Positions 58,704 through 64,000 of a stretch of 64,000 nt of DNA are shown piece after piece. The first letter of the stretch is position 1. Each line of letters starts with the position of its first letter. The notes under the pieces were generated by a model. That model did not search any database and had not been told where the DNA came from. It saw nothing but the letters and a program-made list of their open reading frames with translations. The position numbers and the translations under genes are program-made. This DNA comes from Pseudomonadota bacterium (GTDB lineage: Bacteria; Campylobacterota; Campylobacteria; Campylobacterales; Sulfurimonadaceae), in contig JAZDQA010000006.1 in NCBI GenBank assembly GCA_043797085.1, positions 32,001-96,000 of the forward strand, in the 5' to 3' direction.

Positions 58704-59951
58704 TCAGCTTTCAAATTTTTTGTATAAAATCTGCTTGCCCAGTTCAACTCCCGGTTGGTCGTAAGTATGAATGTGCATCATCGCACCGACCAAAGAAGTT
58801 AAGAGTTCATAATACATGATAAGCGTACCGATATTTGCCTCATCACGCTTAGGAAATACAATCTGATCCGTCGGGATACCGTTCATCTCCAGACTCTCTT
58901 TAGTCGCATCGCATTGAAGATTTATGAGGATATTAAAGTTTTTGGTGTTAACAAAATCAGTCATTTCGAGATATTTTAAGGAAATATTCGGGATGACGAG
59001 AGGCGTTTCAAAATCCTCAATCGTGAGAAAAGTGACCGTCTTATCCTTGGGTCCCTCAATGAGCAGCTGCAAAAATGAGTGCTGATCAACTGAACCGATC
59101 AACGATGCGGGAGTTAACCCGACACTCTTGCCCGATGCGTCGATTTTACCCAAAGACTCTCCCCATAGCTGAACATACCATTTACACAGATTTTCCAGTT
59201 CATTGGCATAGGCAAAAATGACATTGATCGTTTTTTCGTGGCTTCGGAGGTAGAGATACGAAGCTTTTGTCAAAAGATGATCCTCTTTACGCTCAAAAAA
59301 GCGCTGCAAGAAACTTTCTGCTCCCTCAAGCAATGCTTTCGTATCGTATCCTGCCAATGTCAATGGAACGATTCCCACCGCACTTAAAACTGAAAATCTT
59401 CCTCCGACGTTCTGAGGAATCGAAAACTGCGTAAGATCATAATGGTCACCGAATTTGGACAATGCCGAACCATGATCGGTTATGATGAGGATTCGTTCTT
59501 TATCACCGCCTTCTATCTCCAAACCAAAATGGGAAATAATCGTTTTAAAAATAGAGATGGTCTCTATCGTTGTTCCCGATTTTGAGATGATGATAAAGAG
59601 AGTATTTTCTTTTGTAAGTTTATTCAACGTCTCTGAGATAATGATCGGATCGGTGTTCTCGAAAAAATGCAACGTTCGAAGATTGGTTGCTTTTGATTTT
59701 AGCAACGAATCAATCCCTTTTGTCCCTAATGAAGAACCGCCGATTCCGACAATCGCAATATCCCGAATCTTTCCGGATGCAAAAATAGAGTTTTTTTGTT
59801 TAAAATCCTCAAGGCGATCAATCAATCCGTCAGAATCTGAGGGCAATGCATAATAACCGACCGTTTGGCTATCACATTCTTCACGAACACTCGCAAAAGC
59901 AGCTTCTTGGATAGGGGTTTGGGTTTCATCGAAATCGTGTTTAAAAATCAT
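58704..59951 (-). CDS. pgi: Glucose-6-phosphate isomerase
   Basis: Motifs 'GIGGSSLG', 'SKSGTTIET', 'VGGRFSVLS', 'QLWGESLGK' and 'DQPGVELGK'. Confidence 0.95.
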   Translation of the reverse strand: MIFKHDFDETQTPIQEAAFASVREECDSQTVGYYALPSDSDGLIDRLEDFKQKNSIFASGKIRDIAIVGIGGSSLGTKGIDSLLKSKATNLRTLHFFENTDPIIISETLNKLTKENTLFIIISKSGTTIETISIFKTIISHFGLEIEGGDKERILIITDHGSALSKFGDHYDLTQFSIPQNVGGRFSVLSAVGIVPLTLAGYDTKALLEGAESFLQRFFERKEDHLLTKASYLYLRSHEKTINVIFAYANELENLCKWYVQLWGESLGKIDASGKSVGLTPASLIGSVDQHSFLQLLIEGPKDKTVTFLTIEDFETPLVIPNISLKYLEMTDFVNTKNFNILINLQCDATKESLEMNGIPTDQIVFPKRDEANIGTLIMYYELLTSLVGAMMHIHTYDQPGVELGKQILYKKFES

Positions 59952-61882
59952 AGTTTCTCCTGCGATATATGTTTGATGTAAAGTACCCCTAGAGGGGGAA
60001 GTGTTAGTGTAATTGTAAACTCTCGTGCGTGTGTAGATTCTGAAACTGCCTCAATAGATACACCATTCCCAATATTCCACCCTTCGTAGAGAGAGGATTG
60101 GGAATTAAAAATCTCGACATACTCGCCTGCATCCAAGACGCCCATTTTATAATTTTCACGTGTTGCATCGGCAAAGTTGCACACCACATAGATCTTTTCT
60201 GATGGGCTTGTGCTTTTTCGAACAAAACTGATGCAGTTATGACTGAAATCTTGATCATCAATCCATTCAAACCCTTCACGTTTTTCGTCCAACTGATGTA
60301 AAGCAGGTTCGTTCGTGTAGAGTCGATTCAAATCAGAAACCATCTTTTTCAACCCTGCATGAAGTGGATTTTCTAAGATGTGCCAGTCCAAAGAGCGTTC
60401 AAAATTCCACTCGGAATATTGGGCAATCTCACCCCCCATAAAGAGAAGTTTTTTACCCGGGTGCGCCATCATATAGCCATACAATGAGCGTAAATGAGCA
60501 AATTTTTGATTGGTGTCTCCCGGCATTTTGTTGATTAGGGAACCTTTCATATGGACGACCTCATCGTGACTTAGAGGAAGCATGAAATTTTCATCAAAAC
60601 CATACCACATGCTAAAAGTCAGCTGTGCATGGTGGTGCTGTCGGTGAATCGGATCAAAACTCATGTATTTGAGCGAATCGTGCATCCATCCCATGTTCCA
60701 TTTAAACCCAAACCCTAAACCGCCGACATCGACAGGACGGGTGACCATCGGATAGGCAGTTGATTCTTCGGCAATCATTAAAATGTCGGAAAATTCTCCA
60801 TAAAGACTGGTGTTGAGTTTTTTCAAGAATTCTACGGCTTCGAGATTAATGTCTCCGCCATCTTTGTTGGGAATCCACTCCCCCTCTTTTCGGGCGTAGT
60901 TGAGATACAGCATCGACGCGACTGCATCCACACGAATCCCGTCGATGTGGTATTTATCCACCCAAAACATCGCTGAGCTGATGAGAAACGACTGGACTTC
61001 GTTGCGCCCGTAATTAAAAATGATGCTTCCCCACTCCGGATGATACCCCTGACGCGGATCATTATGTTCATACAGTGCGGTTCCATCAAAATTAATCAGT
61101 CCGTGCATATCGACCGCAAAATGCGACGGTACCCAGTCCATAATCACCCCGATACCATTTTCGTGAAGAGTACTGATAAGGTACATCAAATCCTGCGGTG
61201 TCCCAAAACGGGACGTTGCGGCAAAATATCCTACAACCTGATATCCCCAAGAACCGAAAAACGGATATTCGGTGAGAGGCATAAACTCAACATGGGTGTA
61301 GTTCATCTCTACTAGATACTCGACCAGTTCAACGGCAAGTTCACGATAGGTTAAAAAGCGCTCTCCCTCTTCTACGTTTCGTCTCCATGAACCCACGTGC
61401 ATCTCATAGACGCTGATAGGGGCATCATGGGCATTGTTGACATGACGATTTTGCATCCATTTACTATCGTCCCACCCGTAATCTTCTAAGCTCCACACTC
61501 TTGAAGCCGATTTTGGAGGTAATTCAGCAAAGAATCCAAACGGGTCACTTTTATCATGGATGATGTTATGAAACTGCGAGATGATGTGATATTTGTAAGT
61601 AATCCCCTGCTCTACACCCTCAATAAACCCTTCCCAAATCCCTGATTCATCGGGACGTAATGCGAGAGGATGGGTGAGCGTATCGTAGTCGTTAAAATCA
61701 CCCCGCACACTGACACTGGCTGCATTGGGTGCCCACACGGCGAAATAGACCCCTGATTTTCCCTCATGCACCATCGCATGGGAACCTAGTTTATCGTAGA
61801 GCTTGGTATGCGTTCCTTGCTTGAAGAGGTAAATATCCATCTCACTCAAACGCGAAATATCATAGCGTATCGGATTATTCAT
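59948..61882 (-). CDS. glgB: 1,4-alpha-glucan branching enzyme
   Basis: Motifs 'WAPNA', 'SWGYQ', 'DWVPSHF', 'RVDAVASM', 'AEES' and 'SHDEVVH'. Confidence 0.97.
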   Translation of the reverse strand: MNNPIRYDISRLSEMDIYLFKQGTHTKLYDKLGSHAMVHEGKSGVYFAVWAPNAASVSVRGDFNDYDTLTHPLALRPDESGIWEGFIEGVEQGITYKYHIISQFHNIIHDKSDPFGFFAELPPKSASRVWSLEDYGWDDSKWMQNRHVNNAHDAPISVYEMHVGSWRRNVEEGERFLTYRELAVELVEYLVEMNYTHVEFMPLTEYPFFGSWGYQVVGYFAATSRFGTPQDLMYLISTLHENGIGVIMDWVPSHFAVDMHGLINFDGTALYEHNDPRQGYHPEWGSIIFNYGRNEVQSFLISSAMFWVDKYHIDGIRVDAVASMLYLNYARKEGEWIPNKDGGDINLEAVEFLKKLNTSLYGEFSDILMIAEESTAYPMVTRPVDVGGLGFGFKWNMGWMHDSLKYMSFDPIHRQHHHAQLTFSMWYGFDENFMLPLSHDEVVHMKGSLINKMPGDTNQKFAHLRSLYGYMMAHPGKKLLFMGGEIAQYSEWNFERSLDWHILENPLHAGLKKMVSDLNRLYTNEPALHQLDEKREGFEWIDDQDFSHNCISFVRKSTSPSEKIYVVCNFADATRENYKMGVLDAGEYVEIFNSQSSLYEGWNIGNGVSIEAVSESTHAREFTITLTLPPLGVLYIKHISQEKL

Positions 61883-63348
61883 CCTTTTCTCCCCTCTTTG
61901 ATGGTGTAATAAAGGGCTTCATACTCACGTCCTGCTACGTCCCAGTCAAACCGTCGCTTCATTGCATTGCATTGCATCTGTCTAAATCCACTGGGGTCAT
62001 TGTACCAGGTATGAACTGCCCAGCCAACGGTATTGACAAGAGCGTCAGCCGTGGCATCATAAAATTTGAACCCTGTTCCGTGCCATGAGTCGTTTTGGTA
62101 GTTTTCAATCGTATCGTCCAGTCCACCCGTTGCCCGAACGATGGGGAGCGTTCCATAGCGAAGAGAGTAAATTTGATTCAACCCGCACGGCTCGAAGAGT
62201 GACGGCATCAAAAATAAATCAGATGCTGCTTCGATTTGATGAGCGAGATCGTTTCGATAGCCGATGAAAAAGCTGAATTTGTCCGGATAGATTCCTGCGA
62301 TGTGGCTAAAAAACGATTCTGCCCATTTTTCTCCCGCACCTAGCATGACGATTTGAATGTCCATCTCCAACAGTTTATGGATCGAGGATGCGAGCAGGGC
62401 AATCCCTTTTTGTTCGGCTAAACGCCCAACAAGACCGATAAGGGGAACTTCGTCTCTTTGGGGAAGATGAAAGGCCTCTTGCAAAGCACGTTTGCACAAA
62501 ACCTTACCGCTCATATCCTCGACATCAAAATGGTTGGGTATAAACGGATCGATTGCAGGGCTCCATTCGTCGTAATCAACCCCGTTTAAAATCCCGTGCA
62601 GTTTAGTCGAGTACTTCCCGATCAGTCCCTCTAAGCCCCATCCAAATTCCTCTGTACAAATTTCTTGGGCATATTTGCGGCTCACCGTACTGACTGCATC
62701 GGCGTGGACGATTCCTCCTTTGAGAAGGTTGACGCTGCCGTTGTCTTCAAAATCGTAAAAGTGTTCCCAGCCAATGGCGAGTACATCCATCACTCCTTTG
62801 TAAAACTTCCCTTGATGCTGGAGATTATGGATGGTAAGCAGCGTTCCTGTGTGCTCAAAATCTCTATCATGCTTATACAACGTGTTGAGCATTACGGGAA
62901 TTGCGGCTGTATGCCAATCGTTGGTATGAATCACGTCGGGATAAAAATGAAGTTTCTTCGCCAATTGCATCACAGCGCGTGAAAAGAAGATAAATCGATT
63001 ATCGTTGTCTGCGAACCCTTCTCCGTTTGTATCATACAGGTCACTGCGACCAAAATACTCTTCATAGTCGATGAAATAAACGGGGATATCGGTTTGCGGT
63101 AAAAGACCTTCATACACTCCTGCCCATAACTCTCCCATCACCCCCATGGGAACACCCAATGATCCTTCCATAAGTTTTAAACCGTATTTCTCACGATCAA
63201 CGAGATAGTAGCGAGGCATGACTAAACGTACATCATGCCCAAGTGCGCGAAGTGCTTTAGGAAGAGCTCCGGCGACATCAGCCAAACCGCCAGTTTTGGC
63301 AAAAGGGACAACCTCAGATGCCGCGATCAAAATGTTAAGCTTATCCAT
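61879..63348 (-). CDS. glgA: Glycogen synthase (ADP-glucose type)
   Basis: Motifs 'KTGGLADV', 'NDWH', 'TIHNL', 'QKG' and 'MPSLFEPCGLNQ'. Start set at ATG 63348. Confidence 0.95.
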   Translation of the reverse strand: MDKLNILIAASEVVPFAKTGGLADVAGALPKALRALGHDVRLVMPRYYLVDREKYGLKLMEGSLGVPMGVMGELWAGVYEGLLPQTDIPVYFIDYEEYFGRSDLYDTNGEGFADNDNRFIFFSRAVMQLAKKLHFYPDVIHTNDWHTAAIPVMLNTLYKHDRDFEHTGTLLTIHNLQHQGKFYKGVMDVLAIGWEHFYDFEDNGSVNLLKGGIVHADAVSTVSRKYAQEICTEEFGWGLEGLIGKYSTKLHGILNGVDYDEWSPAIDPFIPNHFDVEDMSGKVLCKRALQEAFHLPQRDEVPLIGLVGRLAEQKGIALLASSIHKLLEMDIQIVMLGAGEKWAESFFSHIAGIYPDKFSFFIGYRNDLAHQIEAASDLFLMPSLFEPCGLNQIYSLRYGTLPIVRATGGLDDTIENYQNDSWHGTGFKFYDATADALVNTVGWAVHTWYNDPSGFRQMQCNAMKRRFDWDVAGREYEALYYTIKEGRKG

Positions 63349-64000
63349 GAATTTCCTTCTTGTTTTCGTACAGTGCTCCATAGGCTATTGCACTCTCTCC
63401 CCAGGAAAAATCACATCTCATGTTATGATGTACTATCCGTTCAAAATGTTTTTTATCTTCAAACAACTCACATCCTTTTTTAACCGCACTAAGGAATGAA
63501 CGCGATGTAGGGGAACTAAAAATCAAACCATACCCTGAACAGCTGTCTTCTTGGTATGTTTCCACTCGCTTCACCGTATCGGTCAATCCGCCCACACGAT
63601 GGACAATCGGAACAGCTCCATACGAGAAAGCGATCATTTGGTTTAATCCGCACGGCTCAAAAAGGGATGGCATCAACAAAAAATCTGCCGAAGCGTACAT
63701 CTGATGCGAAAATGACTCATCATATCCAAAAGTGAGATGGATGTTTTTATGGTGAGAAGCGAGGATTTTTAACGCTTTATAATAGCTCTCCTCCCCTTCC
63801 CCGATAAGCGCTATATTGCATTCCAAAACTGCTATTTTCGGCAAAGTTTCAATCAAGAGATCGATCCCTTTTTGCGACGTAAAACGACCGATAAAGACGA
63901 ACATGGGCTTCGTAACGCCTTTGAGTCCCAAGCGTTTTAGTAGATTGCTTTTGTTGACTTTTTTCCCTTTGGCATCACTGTAGGGTGAAACCAATGCACT
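63341..64000 (-). CDS. Second glycogen synthase, C-terminal part (N-terminus lies beyond the window)
   Basis: Motifs 'GRFTSQKG', 'MPSLFEPCGLNQM', 'VGGLTDTV' and 'DFSW'; the ORF runs off the right edge. Confidence 0.88.
   Translation of the reverse strand, partial: SALVSPYSDAKGKKVNKSNLLKRLGLKGVTKPMFVFIGRFTSQKGIDLLIETLPKIAVLECNIALIGEGEESYYKALKILASHHKNIHLTFGYDESFSHQMYASADFLLMPSLFEPCGLNQMIAFSYGAVPIVHRVGGLTDTVKRVETYQEDSCSGYGLIFSSPTSRSFLSAVKKGCELFEDKKHFERIVHHNMRCDFSWGESAIAYGALYENKKEIHG

Overview
A gene-dense chromosomal window from a Campylobacterota (epsilonproteobacterial) sulfur oxidiser. Gene order (nadE-degT-lpxK-argB-thrC; ygfA-rny / tlpA-ftsY-radA; fliL-acpS) and protein style suggest a Sulfuricurvum/Sulfurimonas-like organism (inference, no database search run). 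About 65 CDSs are supported. They cover housekeeping genes, a periplasmic sulfur-redox block (FccB/SoxF flavoprotein, Tat Rieske protein, class II cytochrome c, porin), a DsbD/thioredoxin block, ppk2 with a SulP-STAS-cNMP transporter, chemotaxis and flagellar accessory genes, and a glycogen cluster (glgA x2, glgB, pgi, short glgP) cut by the right edge. I saw no tRNA, rRNA, CRISPR array, transposase or integrase; several REP-like palindromes and a twice-repeated ~75 bp leader element are present. The strongest candidate for an undescribed system is the biotin-carboxylase locus at 47.2-49.5 kb. It has an OadG-like protein with no membrane anchor and a triplicated AAxHHH motif, an OadA/PycB subunit with an internal RBS+ATG that could yield a separate biotin carrier, and no adjacent oadB. 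Other leads are the FccB-Rieske-cytochrome-porin module, a glucan phosphorylase and a DegT homolog that each lack the PLP lysine, and a secreted phage-Vs.1-like transglycosylase beside flagellar genes. All calls come from motif recognition by eye.
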